Source: Octopus sinensis (Eukaryota). Taken from it: 64,000 nt of DNA. Each line of letters opens with the position of its first letter. Positions within the stretch are counted from its first letter, which is position 1. The translations under genes and the position numbers were made by a program. Shown here in pieces: positions 1 through 13,157 of this stretch. The stretch lies in contig NC_043013.1 in assembly GCF_006345805.1 (NCBI RefSeq), forward strand, positions 48,050,001 through 48,114,000, read 5' to 3'. Below the pieces are notes generated by a model that saw only the letters and a list, made by a program, of their open reading frames with translations, made no database searches and was not told the origin of the DNA.

Positions 1-1097
1 TAAATAAAGGTGTCTGTGAGTGAGTGAGTGTATATATATATATATATATATGTATATATAAGTTAGGAGAACTATATACATCTGTAAAGAAATACTATGA
101 TGATTTTTACCCAATCTGTAATATGTTATGCTGGTATTAATATATGATATTTGATGAGATGATCTATATAAAGAGATAAATGTGTGTGTGTGTGGTCGCA
201 TGCGTGCGCACTCGCTTATGCAAACCTCCATACATACATTTTCATATACACACATATATACACACACATATATATATATAAACACAGACAGTCAGACGGA
301 CACACACACACACACACAAGACATACGTCTCAATGATAAATTAGTTTTGCCAAGAAGGAATGTTATGTGGACGTCTGAACTATGTAGCTAGCTATGTATA
401 TGTGTGTGTACGCATGTGTGTACGTGTGTGAGTGTGTGTGTGTGTGAATCACTCTGTATCTATTTTACTATATAAGTGGGCGTGTATATATATATATATA
501 TATATACATATACATATGTGCGTATGTGTGTGTGTGTGTGTATAATTTATTAATTCCATTTTTTGACGTTTTACAATATAAACCCCTGCAATTTTTCCCA
601 TCCGTCTCTTGTCTCTGCATTTACTATTCTTTTTGGATTATTTGTACATTAGTTTTCGCTTTAATTGTTTCTTTACAATGTTTACATCTTAACTCCACAA
701 CTCCTCGTTACACAGGTTCCATACGTACCTCCTCTTCAGCCACCCACCCGCCCGCCCGCCCCGCTGTTCGCACACCACCGTCACCATCGCCACCACCACC
801 ACCATCACCATCTCAAACACCACCACCACCCGGCTTTCAAGTTATTTCTAAAGTAGAGTTAAAAATTTTCTCCTGCCACTAATGACGAATTAAAAGAAAA
901 TCTTTATGAAAATTAGAAAATTTTAATTGGCAATATAAGATAAAAATTTATTTTTAAACGGTTTCAGGCTAAGTCTTATATATGAGCTGAAAACTGTGGA
1001 ATTATTTTTAATTTAATCGACGAAGAAAACTTAGGTTTGGAAAACTTAAAGCCAAAATGAAGAAAAAAAAAGAAACTAAAAGAGAAAAGGAAAATGG

Positions 1098-1103
1098 AAT
1101 AAC

Positions 1104-1151
<48 letters not shown>

Positions 1152-1185
1152 CATGTCGATGATAATGATGATGATGTTAATGATA

Positions 1186-1238
<53 letters not shown>
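1098..1238. repeat. (ATA)n/(GAT)n compound microsatellite
   Basis: Direct reading; explains the poly-Ile/poly-Met ORFs 1008-1277 and 1057-1263. Confidence 0.95.
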
Positions 1239-1614
1239 AGAGGTGGTGACGACGACATTTTGAAATTTAATGAACAAACAAATATGTAAAAGAAAAAAAA
1301 AATATGTTAAGAAGCAAATATCTTGAAATATAATGATTATTTTCTTTCTTGTCCTTCCATTCTATGAAGTACATCGGTGGTCTGTGGTAATTAAAGGGGT
1401 TGGCTGTTGGGGGATGGATGGATCGCTAATTAACAACAGGTTGTGATGGTGGTGGCGGTAATGGAGGTGGTAATGACGATGATAGTTTTGTAAACGTATG
1501 GTTAGCAATGAAGATGAATGAGGTAGATGATGATGATGATCATCATCATCATCATTATCATCGTCATCGTCATCATCATCAAGATGTTACTGTTGTTGTA
1601 GAGCTAATGGTGCT

Positions 1615-1657
<43 letters not shown>

Positions 1658-2045
1658 CAGCAGCAGCAGCAGCAGCAGCATTAGTAGTAGTAGTAGTAGT
1701 TAGTAGTAGTAGTAGTAGTTATTGCTTAGTAAGTTACTTCAACTCTACTTCATACTAGTGCAGAGAGAGAGAGAGAGAGAGAGTGGGGTGGATAAGCAAA
1801 GTTTAAAAGGTACTTGATATCGTCCACCCTGATAACATGTTTCATTCTGTTCTGTGGTTTATTTTTCTTCAATCACGCAATATTTTAATTTTTTATTCGC
1901 GGGTACAGATAGACACCTTTTGTACGGGGTACAACATGAAGATTTTTTAATCTAGTTTTGCTATTTCGATGCCATTAATGGAACAAAATGTGCCGAGTTC
2001 TCCCGACTGCGCTGGCATCCTGAAGAACCGATGTTGTGAATCTAA

Positions 2046-2440
2046 GCGCAGGCGTGGCTGTGTGGCAAGAATTTTGCGTTCCGACCACATGGTTCCGGGT
2101 TCAATCCCACTGCGTGGAACCTTGGGCGACTGTCTTCTCCTATAGCCTGGCGCCAACCTAAGCCTTGTGAGTGAATTTGGTATACGGAAACTGAAAGAAG
2201 CCCTTTGTACATGTGTGAGTGTGTGTGTTTGTGTCTGTGTTTGTCCCCCACCACCGCTGCTGGTGTGTTTACATCCCCGTAACTTAGTGGTTCGGCAAAA
2301 CAAATCGGTAGAATAAGTATCGGGATTAAAAACTAAGAAAAAGTTATTGGGGGTCAATTCATTCGACAAAAAGTTTTTCTAAGGTGATGCCCCAGCATGA
2401 CCGCAGTCTAATGAGTGAAACACGTAAAAGATAAAAGATA
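2046..2440 (+). mobile_element. tRNA-derived SINE, family A (dominant family, internal TA/TG microsatellite)
   Basis: A-box-like TGGCTGTGTGG, B-box-like GGTTCAATCCC, body ...GGAAACTGAAAGAAGCCC..., tail ...CCAGCATGACCGCAGTC..AAAAGATAAAAGA; more than 10 similar copies in the window. Resembles octopus tRNA-derived SINEs (OK/OR types); family name not verified. Confidence 0.85.
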
Positions 2441-3052
2441 GCATCAGTCATGCCATCAGATAAAATAAACTGATGTAATTGTTTGCAGTTGTATGACTTA
2501 TCAAAAGAATGGAATCAGCAAGATAAGATAGTATAGTAGGACAACAGGGTGACATTGTTAGTTGGATAGGTTAAGAAGATAAAGGAGGTGGGGGTGAAAT
2601 ATCGCAACTGAATAAATTAAGAGAAGTTAAGAAACAAAATAACTCGGAAAAGCCATGATGAATCGTTTATTCCAGATGATATTTGAGATACCACAGTTTA
2701 AAATGGACTTCTCGAGTTAGTATTTTTCATCATATTAAATTGAAGAGTAGACTATTTTCAAAAGTAATTGATTCAATAGCGACATTAACTGTAAGCTTTA
2801 TAGAAAATTATTCACTAAAATCACAGAAAGTTTTTTTATTTTTTAATGGCACAAATCAAACTTTGCCTTAATACTATGACCGCACACTTCACTTCTCTTC
2901 AATAACTCTCTCCAGATCTTCACCTCTTGCATTACCTAACCTAATTTTTCCCTTAGTATCATGATGTAATATTTCGAATGTTTGATAGTTTGGTTTCAAT
3001 ATCCCTATAACTTCCCCTCTATGTTTTTCTAATTAGCTCCTTTTCCTTATCT

Positions 3053-3089
<37 letters not shown>

Positions 3090-3512
3090 CTCTCTCTTAC
3101 ACACTCATTTATGTCTGCTTCTCCTCACGCATTCCGCACCTATAGTTTGGGTTAAGCCCCATACATAACCAACCTCATCCACTTCACTCTATCCTTTTAC
3201 CTGTCCATACTCTCTTCTCCAATAGGGTCAACCTCATGACTCTCCCTACCATCACCTTCTCACAACTATCAATATGTTCCTCTCTTTAGACTTTAGATGC
3301 TCTCAAGCATAGGTAAAAGATCTCCAAGATGTTCAATGCTATTCCCTACATATCTAGTTTTATATCAGAATGATCTTCTCCAAGAAACATGCTTTAACAA
3401 AAACTAAGGAGTGTCTCCCTCCCAGTGGTCTTCCAGCATGCCGGACACCAACCCAGTATTCCTCAGAATTCGTGCTATTAGGGACACATACAACTCACAC
3501 ACACATGCATAT

Positions 3513-3550
<38 letters not shown>

Positions 3551-3625
3551 GATAGATAGATAGATCGTTAGCCACTACACACATATTTTTCTCTCCTTGT
3601 TTCTCTCCTTGTTTTTTCTGTGTCC

Positions 3626-3661
3626 CTTTCTGTAGAAGAGCATAGGCTCGAAACGTAAAAG
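3626..3661 (+). ncRNA. Hammerhead-like motif with non-canonical core CUGUAGA (family V, copy 1)
   Basis: CUUU-CUGUAGA-A-GAGC(AUAG)GCUC-GAAAC-GUA/AAAG: stem I CUUU:AAAG, stem II GAGC:GCUC, palindromic ACGU stem III. Lies in a ~200-bp repeat (about 3567-3770) ending in (TA)n. Confidence 0.5.
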
Positions 3662-3751
3662 GCTTTTTTTATTCCTGAACGTTATACTAATACATCTGTT
3701 TGTTTTGTACACCACCTGTCTTCGTCTTTTGTTTTTTTTTCCGTAAACTCT

Positions 3752-3793
<42 letters not shown>

Positions 3794-4139
3794 TTTGTTA
3801 TATTTATTTTTCAAGATTCTTGATGAGCAGTTGTGTGTTGAAACTGATAACGTTGTATTTTGGTGAGGCCATATGTTCAACAGAAATACATACGCTGGTT
3901 ATATTTATGTTGCCAATTGATTGTCTATTTGGTCGGTTATAACAGTACGAGTCCCTGTTTTGATTATGATTCCCGGAATATAAAACACTTTTTTATTTAT
4001 AAACTTATATATATGTATTTACGTTGATCTTCATATATGAATATATCAACAATTGTAGAACGCTTATCATGCATTCTATAGTTTAAAAATTCTTATGATT
4101 TTAACAAGATACGCATGTTTGTATATGTATGTGTGCATG

Positions 4140-4181
<42 letters not shown>

Positions 4182-4541
4182 CGTGATGTCAATAATACTT
4201 ACTTTACTGAGCTACTTCTAACACAAAATTTGAATTTTGTTCTATTTGTGCGGCTCTTTTGTACGTCAGCAGATAGATTTTAAGCTATCTGAATATACTT
4301 TTGGTTAACAACTCCTGTTCGTTTCAGAAGTGGGGCGAGTAAATGACCGTTGTAAGCAGAAAGTACTGCGAAATATTGATATATATCATTCACGTTCAAT
4401 TCAAGGCCTCCTTTCCGGTTTTAAATCACTTTTAGTCATCCACAGCCATCTTTTTTCTCTGTGTATCTTATCTTCAACATCCCTATGAAATTGTCAATAT
4501 TATTATTATTATCATTATTATTATTATCATTATTATTATTA

Positions 4542-4579
<38 letters not shown>

Positions 4580-4582
<3 letters not shown>

Positions 4583-4952
4583 TAGTTTTATTTTTATAAC
4601 GTGCTTTCACTTCACTACCGAGCGCAGGGGGGGCGCTACCGGTTCGAGATAAACTCTACAGGCACGCAGTTGCTCTTTCATTTCATTTTCCATTATCTCG
4701 TTGTATTCTTGTACTCCAAGATATTTGTATCCTTCCGTTTCAATTTACTTATTCAAGTCTCTATTCGGTAATTGTATCCTAGTTAGGGACTGTACTTTGC
4801 TTCTTTTTAGGTAGATTACTCCGCAATTCTTGAGTTCAAATTCCATTCTAATATCAGTACTAAAACAGTGGACCGAGTTCACCAAGGAATTCACTTGTGA
4901 CTCGTCTTTGCCATACTGTTTCAAATCATCCATAAAGAGGAGGTGGTTCATT
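4580..4952 (-). mobile_element. Internally deleted R4/Dong-like non-LTR fragment (divergent subfamily) flanked by TAA arrays
   Basis: Translates NHLLFMDDLKQYGKDESQVNSLVNSVHCFSTDIRMEFELKNC...GYKYLGV (RT YxDD region), then a short non-coding end joining directly to AATAATAAT. Confidence 0.75.
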
Positions 4953-4974
4953 GTTATTATTATCATTATTATTA

Positions 4975-5039
<65 letters not shown>

Positions 5040-5040
<1 letters not shown>

Positions 5041-6568
5041 TATATTTGACTTTTGCTTTATGTCTGTACAAGTTGGCTCCAAGTCTCACCCAGAGACCTC
5101 AAGAGACAACAGGTTGAAAGTTCACGTTGTTGTTATGCCTAGTGTGCCATATATTTGGGGGGGGGTGTTGTACTAGTGAATGTCTAATACATAAATTTTA
5201 AAAAAAAGAAAGAAAGAAAAAGTTTGTTTTAAACCTTGGGATTACATAGAGAGTATTTTGCATAGGATATGAGCAGTTCCCATGAGCACTATCTTTTGAA
5301 TTTCCTGGTACCTGAGTTAGGTAGCAATCAGCCCCTTTCGCTATCATTCCCAGGGCACCTATGACAACAGGTATTGTTTTAGTCTTCAGGTTCCACATTT
5401 TGCTGATTTCTATTTCAAGATCTTTATATTTGCTCAGTTTTTGGTAGGTCTTGACAGATACGATTATATCGATTAGGACAGTCATATCAATGAGGAGGCA
5501 TGTTCTTTGTCTGAAGTCTTTCAATATAATGTCTGGCCTATTTGCATCTATCTTCCTGTCAGTTTGAATGCTGAAGTTCCAGAGGAGTGAGATGTGGTCA
5601 TTTTCAAGCACAGGAGGTGGATTGTGTTCCCACCAGTTTTTTTCATGGGGCAAGTCCAGGTTTTTGCAAATTACCCAGTGAATATATTGTGCAGCTCTAT
5701 CATGCCTGTTGAGATACTCTGTAGGCGCAAGAAGACTGCATTTGGAGACAACATGATCAATGGTTTCATTTTGTTGTCGGCATACACGACATGTTGGGCT
5801 ACTGCCGTTCTTTAATATGTTGGCCTGGTAGTTTCTTGTTGGTAGGCATTGATCTTGAGCTGCTATGATAAACCCTTCTGTTTCAGATTTTAAGCCAGAG
5901 GCCATTAGCCATTGATGGGTCAGGGCTTTGTCAATATCTGCATTATTCGCTCTCTTTGGGTATTTGCCATTGAGAGGTTTTCTTGCCATTTATTATTCAG
6001 AATATCTAAGGCCGCAGTTTTGGCACGGGTTTTCATGCGCCTAACTTTTTCTGTGCTTGTTTCTTGTATGTCTATCTCTAATTCCGAAATTTGGTGTATT
6101 CGGAATTCACTTAGATATTCCTTTGCCTGTTTTGTTAGTGAGTATGATGCTTTCTTGTTTTCATGTTTTGAGACAAGTTTTAACATCCAGTCTTCAGACT
6201 TTTTCAGGTAGGTGTCTAGGCCAATTGTAGCAATCTTCATTGTTATTGCCAGTTGTAAAAGATCACGGCCTCCCTCTTTTCTTGGCAGATAAAGTCGTTC
6301 TGTATCTGCCTTAGGGTGGTGCATTCTATGCATTGTCAACAGTTTTCGTATTTTTCTGTCGAGCTGACATATTTCAGTAATTGACCAGTTAACGATATTG
6401 AAACTGTAAGTCACGACTGGTATGGCTAATGCATTGATCGCTTCGATCCTGTTTCTTGCATTCAGCTCTGCCTTGAGTATTGCTCTCACTCTTCGATAAC
6501 ATTCTCTCCTGATCCTTTCCTTCATCTCTGAATGCCTTATTCCGTTCCCTTCAATTACCCCTAGGTAC
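5040..6568 (-). mobile_element. 5'-truncated R4/Dong-like non-LTR retrotransposon (RT thumb, CCHC knuckle, restriction-like endonuclease)
   Basis: ORFs 5920-6525 and 5198-5989 are one reading frame split by a 1-nt loss in an A-run. Motifs: KYLG, AINALAIPVVTYSF, CRVCRQQNETIDHVVSKC (CCHC), RPDIILKD..LIDMTV..K..KY (PD..D-K). (TTA)n on both sides. Confidence 0.92.
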
Positions 6569-6642
<74 letters not shown>

Positions 6643-7331
6643 GGGAAAGTTGACTGGGGACTATTGTCAAGTATGACACTGAGATAGTGAACCACACTGC
6701 ACAAGGAACAGATCCGATTCCCGCAATGCAGACAGATTCCTTTGAGTGAACACATAGAGAGATGTGCAGGTAATCTCCAACCACACTTCACAGTTTTTCT
6801 AGCTTCTTGTGCAAACAAATCATTTATGTACAAGAATGTTTAAATAAAGAAAATTTGTTCATCGAAAAATGCTGAACACGTCTACAAATGAACGCATAAC
6901 CAAGACTGGTCTCAGTATATATTTTAATTCATGATCACATACCTATCACTGTACATATTTCATCTCACAACTTTAACTTGAAGTTTTGTATATATATTTA
7001 TCGCCTCTCCGAAAGATGAGCAGTTATCTCCCTTGTCCCCAATAATAACGATCACCAATTACTTTCCCCTTAGATGGACTAAAATTTTAAGAAATTATGA
7101 AATTATAATAATTTCAATGTCATGATTAGCGAAAGTGAAACCGGTCGACAAACATAATACTCATTCATTCATAAAATATATTTAAAAATATATTAAAACT
7201 AAGTAAAATATCTTTTAAAATATTTAAAAGTATCTTAAAACTATGTAAACTGTGTGCTTTACTTCTTTTATTATATATATATAATATATATATATATTAT
7301 ATATATATCCTTGTTTTTTTTTTCTGTGTTC

Positions 7332-7367
7332 CTTTCTGTAGAAGAGAGTCGGCTAGAAACGTAAAAG
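7332..7367 (+). ncRNA. Family V hammerhead-like motif, decayed copy
   Basis: CUUU-CUGUAGA-A-GAGA(GUCG)GCUA-GAAAC-GUA/AAAG; stem II broken; same flanking repeat as 3626. Confidence 0.3.
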
Positions 7368-7461
7368 ACTTTTTCTATTCCAGAGCTTTATACTAATATA
7401 TCTGTTTATTTTGTACACCCCACCTGTCTTCGTCTTGTTTTTTTTCGTAAACTCTCCCTAC

Positions 7462-7503
<42 letters not shown>

Positions 7504-8136
7504 ATATATTATATATATGTGTATGTATGTATGTATGTATATATATATATATTAATGCCATTTATGTACTAATACCTTTATATATACAAACATGTGTGTG
7601 TGTGTGTGCAATTATGTCTATGCATAACTAAAATTTGGATTTGTTAAAATACATCGGTGTATTCCTTATGCAGAACTCAGTAGAAATCCGCAGTACCTAC
7701 ATTTTAAGACTGATGGTTAATGTAATGATTCTATAAAATGTAGTTCATTGGTGCAGAAAAACTAGACACCTATGAGTGAGAGAATGAATTGAGGTGTACT
7801 TTCGTAGACTAAAAAGATGATGAAGATGAAAATACCAGCACTTGATTAGCCACAATTTTTTTCAGTGCTTTTCCGCTTCGATGAAAGTAAATAATTATTT
7901 GTGGTAAATTACACAAGACTTGTATAAGATTATGTATGGCTGAAATAGCGAGGAATAACAATTCGTCAGACGCACGTCCAAACTACCATACATGATATGC
8001 GAAAAGCATATTTACCGTTGCTTATATATTCAAAGCAACAAAAATAGGAAAAAATAATAATACTAACGCTGTTGGTATTATTAGGAAAATTCCTGCGCGA
8101 AGCAATGACGAAAAATCAAGAAACGTTAGATCGATT

Positions 8137-8304
8137 CGAATATATTTGGGACATATTTGAACCTGTAAAATCTTTTCACTGCAGTTTGCTGTGGGGACTG
8201 TGGTGCTCTTACACCTTATTTTTGTTCGAAGTAGAAAGTATTTCTCCACGGCAAACTGCAGTGAAAAAGCTTTCATAGGTTCAAATACATCCCAAATATA
8301 TTTG
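8137..8304. repeat. Imperfect foldback (about 59-bp arms, about 50-nt spacer), MITE-like
   Basis: 8137-8194 (..ATATTTGAACCTGTAAAATCTTTTCACTGCAGTTTGCTGTGG) is the reverse complement of 8246-8304 with scattered mismatches. Confidence 0.75.
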
Positions 8305-9199
8305 AGCTTTGTTTATTTTCCATTACTGCTTCGAGTATCTACTTGCTTTTTTCTGCCTAGCAGCCTCCTCGCACTAATTAGTGCATATTATTGCCCGGTT
8401 CACCGAGGGTGCTCTTCGTTGGCTATGTTGTTCTCAAGCGAGGAGTTTTTCACACGGGATCGAGTATATTCCAAACAAATTTAAACTGATCAAAAGTTCA
8501 TGTATCTATGTGAAGTGTGTTTGTGTGCGTGTATGTTTATCTGTGTGTCTCTTTGTATCTGTGAGTGCTTCTGTGTCTGTATTTGTCACACACACCACTA
8601 CCTCCGCATGACAATGGGTATTGGTTTGTTTACATCCCCGAAAGTTAGTGATTCGGCAAAAGAGACAAACAGAATAAGTACTCACTTTAAAATGATAATA
8701 AAAGTACTTTGATCGATGGTGAAGACTAAAAGTAGACTTAAAAGTCTTTAAGGTTCACAACGTAACAACAACAGAAAGAGCCATAACCCCTTCCGTAGTA
8801 ATTTATAAGAGAGGCCAAGAAATAATCAGAGATGACAACCCATAATTTCTCGTATGTAAAAGCAAGAAAATGGGTAGAAATTCAATAATTCATACCAAAA
8901 CAAACTCAGCTACCATAAAACACTTACAAACAATAACAATGGAAGAACAGACTAATATAGACAATCACATTTCAGAAAAGGGTATAAATCAACCAACAGC
9001 GACACTATTAGACGCATCAACAACTGGAAATCTTTCTTCTCAAACAAAATAGAAAAACAGGGAACAAATGACTCACAAAACAAATAACAAAAACTTTTTA
9101 GGGAACAGGCGTACAAAGAGAAATCGAGAGAAAAATCCAATAATAAAAAGGCTTGTGGAAATACTGAAATGACTGATCCAGCAATAATAAATTTATAAC

Positions 9200-9870
9200 A
9201 AGGAAACCTCATAAAAGATAAAGTATAACTTTGGAATATGAACGTAAATTCGGGCTAATTCCAAAACCATGACATATCTAATAAATATTACTGAAGAATT
9301 TTGTAGAAAGCTTTATCAACCGGAATTCTTTCAAAAGAAAGAATACGAAGATCCATCGCGTGTAAAAAAAAAAAAAAACCAACAGGAATGAACAAAAATA
9401 ACTACGTAGGGAAATGTATAACCTGTCTCAAAACATAAGCAAATTCAAGCATCCTAGCGAACATATTAAACCAAACATTACAAACAAAGAGCAAAATGCG
9501 CTGTAATGTCTGAAGATTCCTCTATAATCATTAAAGCTGACAAAGGAGGAGCCTTTATAATAATGGGCATGACCCATTACAGTGATAAGGTCTTAGAATA
9601 ACAAAAAGACTAAAACCAATGCCGGTAAACAAGCAATAAGCAACGGATAAATTCGAAAACAATTTGACGAAGAAGAAATTTGATTACGTAACTAATTTCG
9701 AGGCGAAAAACGTAACTATTATGGAGTACTGACAATTCATAATTCTAAAGTAATCCATGAAAATTTAGAGAACCTCCATATATAAAGATTCTAAAATCGT
9801 CTGAGTTAAAATTTCGCAAATTGTTGCACGAAAACTCAGGCAGTTTACTGGACACAATTTTGTAACCATT
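9200..9870 (+). mobile_element. Decayed Penelope-like element, RT N-terminal region
   Basis: Broken frames read KFGLIPKP..EEFCRKL, PNITNKEQNAL..SIIIKADKGGAFIIM (9521 onward) and YYGVLTIHNSK..LKFRQIV..SLLDTIL, matching typical PLE motifs (LKFxPTP, IIKPADKGGAVV, FYGLPKIHK..RPIV). Multiple stops and frameshifts. Confidence 0.75.
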
Positions 9871-10723
9871 ACACATATTGTAATGTTATTATCAGTCCGA
9901 ATATGCTTGAGGCACGTTCTAACGGCTGAACAAGCTATTCACTGCGTATTGTCATGGAAAACCTGTTTGCAATTACTACTCCGAAATGCTTGCATCTCAC
10001 GGTCTGTGTAGGTGGCGCTGCGAGCTGATCTCGGTGTATACAAACACTATTTCTCAACAAATGTGATATATTTTCCGTGACAAAATGCTGTGACTACTTA
10101 ATATAACATGAAGACATTCCTTCCGTAAGGTTTTTTCCATTTTCCTTTTTAACTTTTTTAAGACTTTAAAATTGGTAATTTTTAATTTAAGAAAAATATT
10201 GCTTCAAATACAAATTAGTATACATTAATATACTTATATAATATGTGTGACCATTTTTTTAACAACGAAAAAACACGTCTCGCCGAACCAGCCCTTCCTG
10301 CGAAAGAACCAAATAAAATTCCTTTGCAGAGGGTTAAAAACAAGGAAAAAATGGGACAAAAACAGGACGTAAAAACAAATACAAAATAAAGATACAATTA
10401 CAAAAAATACAGTACAAGAAGAAATAGAAAGAGGACAGGAAAACAAATAACGAGGGCCTATAAGCCTAGACGAGGAAAAAAATTTTTTCACGAGCGCAGG
10501 AAGAAACATGTTTACTTGAAGAAGGCCGCCAGCGAAAGGAAATTCGTCGACCCGGCTGTGAGAGAGATAAGGAGGAGTGAGAGAAAGAGAGAGAGATAGA
10601 GAGGAAGGAAGCCAAAGAAGGTGAAAGAAAGAGAGAAGAAGGAGTTATAGAGTTTCGCGTCATAATTATATATAAAAACCAGCTTAGAGAAGAAGAAACG
10701 AAACGAATCGAATCGAATCGAAT

Positions 10724-10765
<42 letters not shown>

Positions 10766-11013
10766 TATATAATTGAATAAGGGTAGAAATTGATATTCAT
10801 CAATTAAAAAAACAGTGGCCTAGCATATTAAAAAATACGAAGATTAAAATATTTTTTACATACAATATTTAAAGGACTGACCACTAAAAGTGGACAGTCA
10901 ATATGCTAGATATAGACGTAAAAATCGCTATTTTCCACGAAGAATGTGTATACATGTATATACATATACATACATTCTTACATATTATGAACTATAAATA
11001 CTTAATGTATAAG

Positions 11014-11262
11014 CTTTGTGTATTTCCCGGCGACTGTAATAGCTCCCAAAGCGCTAGGAGTAAAACACCTCAGAGTCGTGAGCTGGCGAAATACCATCTG
11101 GGAGTGATGGACACCGGGTGTTTCGCAACTTTTGTAACTTGTCAGTTATCGCTTGAGGACGACTTGTCTCACCTGCCCATGCCCCTCAGGTGTTTTACAC
11201 CCGACGCTTTGAGAGTGTATATACTCAGGCACGCTATTACAGCCACCGGAAAATACACAAAG
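11014..11262. repeat. About 250-bp foldback element
   Basis: Outer arms CTTTGTGTATTTCCCGGCGACTGTAATAGC vs reverse complement CTTTGTGTATTTTCCGGTGGCTGTAATAGC; inner arms ..AAAGCG..GTAAAACACCT.AG also pair. Confidence 0.8.
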
Positions 11263-11350
11263 TATATATATATTAAGTATTTCTAGTTAATAATATTTAT
11301 TATACTAGAGCTGTTTTTATTTTTATATGTAAATAGACCATACCACGTGA

Positions 11351-11450
11351 NNNNNNNNNNNNNNNNNNNNNNNNNNNNNNNNNNNNNNNNNNNNNNNNNN
11401 NNNNNNNNNNNNNNNNNNNNNNNNNNNNNNNNNNNNNNNNNNNNNNNNNN
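11351..11450. other. Assembly gap (100 N)
   Basis: Direct reading; contiguity across it is not guaranteed. Confidence 1.
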
Positions 11451-11889
11451 TATTTACTGAAAACTCAACACACACTCGCACACACCCACGCACGCTCACA
11501 CATACACACACGCATACATACGCAGGCGTGCGCGTACACCTAAATTTTGTGCATATTGTAAAATATGTAGTCGAGCATGCGCGCGTGTGTGTGTGTGCGT
11601 GTCTGTATATATATACGTGTGCGTGAGTTCCTCTGTGGTTATATGCAAAATGTTGTCTCATGGTAAGCTGAGTCGCTCAACGTCGTGAGTTCAAATTGCA
11701 GCAACTTCAAATTTGCCCTTAGCACTAATTCTAGTTCGGCAGAATAAATAACACCAACATACACGGAATCATTATATCAGTGTCCCCTAAAATTTCTTCG
11801 AGACCGGTACCCCAGCAGGGCGGCAGCTTGATGATTGGAACAAGTATAAGAGATAAAAAAATAGGCGAGATTATATATATATTTTTTTT

Positions 11890-12114
11890 TCTTTTCTATC
11901 CACAAGGGGCTAAACACAGAGGGGACAAACAAGGACAGACAAAGGGATTAAGTCGATTACATCGACCCCAGTGCGAAACTGGTACTTTATTTATCGACCC
12001 CGAAAGGATGAAATGCAAAGTCGACCACGGCGGAATTTGAGATCAGAATGTAACGGCAGACGAAATACGGCTACGCATTTCGCCCGGCGCGCTAACGTGT
12101 CTGCCAGCTCGCCG
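11890..12114 (-). mobile_element. tRNA-derived SINE, family B
   Basis: Head GCGAGCTGGCAG..GTTAGC.CGCCGGGCGAAATGC, B-box-like region, central TTTCATCCTTTCGGGGTCGATAAA..GTACCAG, tail ..GTTTAGCCCCTTGTGG; more than 10 copies in the window. Confidence 0.85.
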
Positions 12115-12115
12115 A

Positions 12116-12267
12116 GGCGCAGGAGTGGCTGTGTGGTAAGAAGCTTGCTTTCCAGCCACATGGTTCCGGGTTCAGTCCCACTGCGTGCCACTTTGCACAA
12201 ATGTTTTCTCGGGCCGACCAAAGACTTGTGAGTGGATTTGATAAACAGAAACTGAAAGAAGCCTGTC

Positions 12268-12306
<39 letters not shown>

Positions 12307-12513
12307 GCATATGTGTATGCGTATGTTTGTTATTTGTGACTGTATTTGTCCCCGCCACCATCACTAGACAACCGATGTTGGTGCGTTTACGTCCCCGTCA
12401 CCTAGCGGTCCGGCAAAAGAACCGATAGAATAAGTACTAGGCTTACAAAGAATAAGTCCTGGGCTTGATTTGTTCGACTAAAGGCGATGCTGAAACAAGT
12501 GCAAGAATAAAAG
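12116..12513 (+). mobile_element. SINE family A, full length
   Basis: Same head, body and tail as 2046; head abuts the family B head at 12114. Confidence 0.85.
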
Positions 12514-12528
12514 AATGTGTGTGTGTAT

Positions 12529-12650
12529 GCGCAGACGTGGCTGTGTGGTAAGATGGTTGCTTGCCAAGCACATTGTTTCGGCTTCGCACTACGTCTTGGA
12601 CAAGTGTCTTGTGAGTGGATTTGGTAGATGGAAACTGAAAGAAGCCCATC

Positions 12651-12696
<46 letters not shown>

Positions 12697-12907
12697 TTGT
12701 GTCTGCACTCGTCCACCCACCCACCACCGCTTGGTAACCGGTGCTAGTGTGTTTACGTCCCTGCACCTTAGCGGTTCGGGGAAAGACCCGATAGAATAAG
12801 TATCAGGTTTATAAAATTAAGTCCTGGGGTCAATACATTCGACTAAAAATTCTACAAGGCGGTGTCATAGCATGGCCGCAGTCTAATGACTAGCATAAGT
12901 AAAAGAT
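12529..12907 (+). mobile_element. SINE family A, tandem second copy
   Basis: GCGCAGACGTGGCTGTGTGGTAAG...CATGGCCGCAGTCTAATGACT...AAAAGATA. Confidence 0.8.
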
Positions 12908-12978
12908 AATAGAAAGATATATAAAAGAAAAATATATATATATATACACACATAAATATATATATATATACATATATG

Positions 12979-13022
<44 letters not shown>

Positions 13023-13028
13023 TGTATG

Positions 13029-13069
<41 letters not shown>

Positions 13070-13090
13070 TATACATATATATATATTATT

Positions 13091-13157
<67 letters not shown>

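Noticed and set aside
11323-11661. ORF spanning 11351-11450
   Set aside because: Artefact of reading through the N gap.
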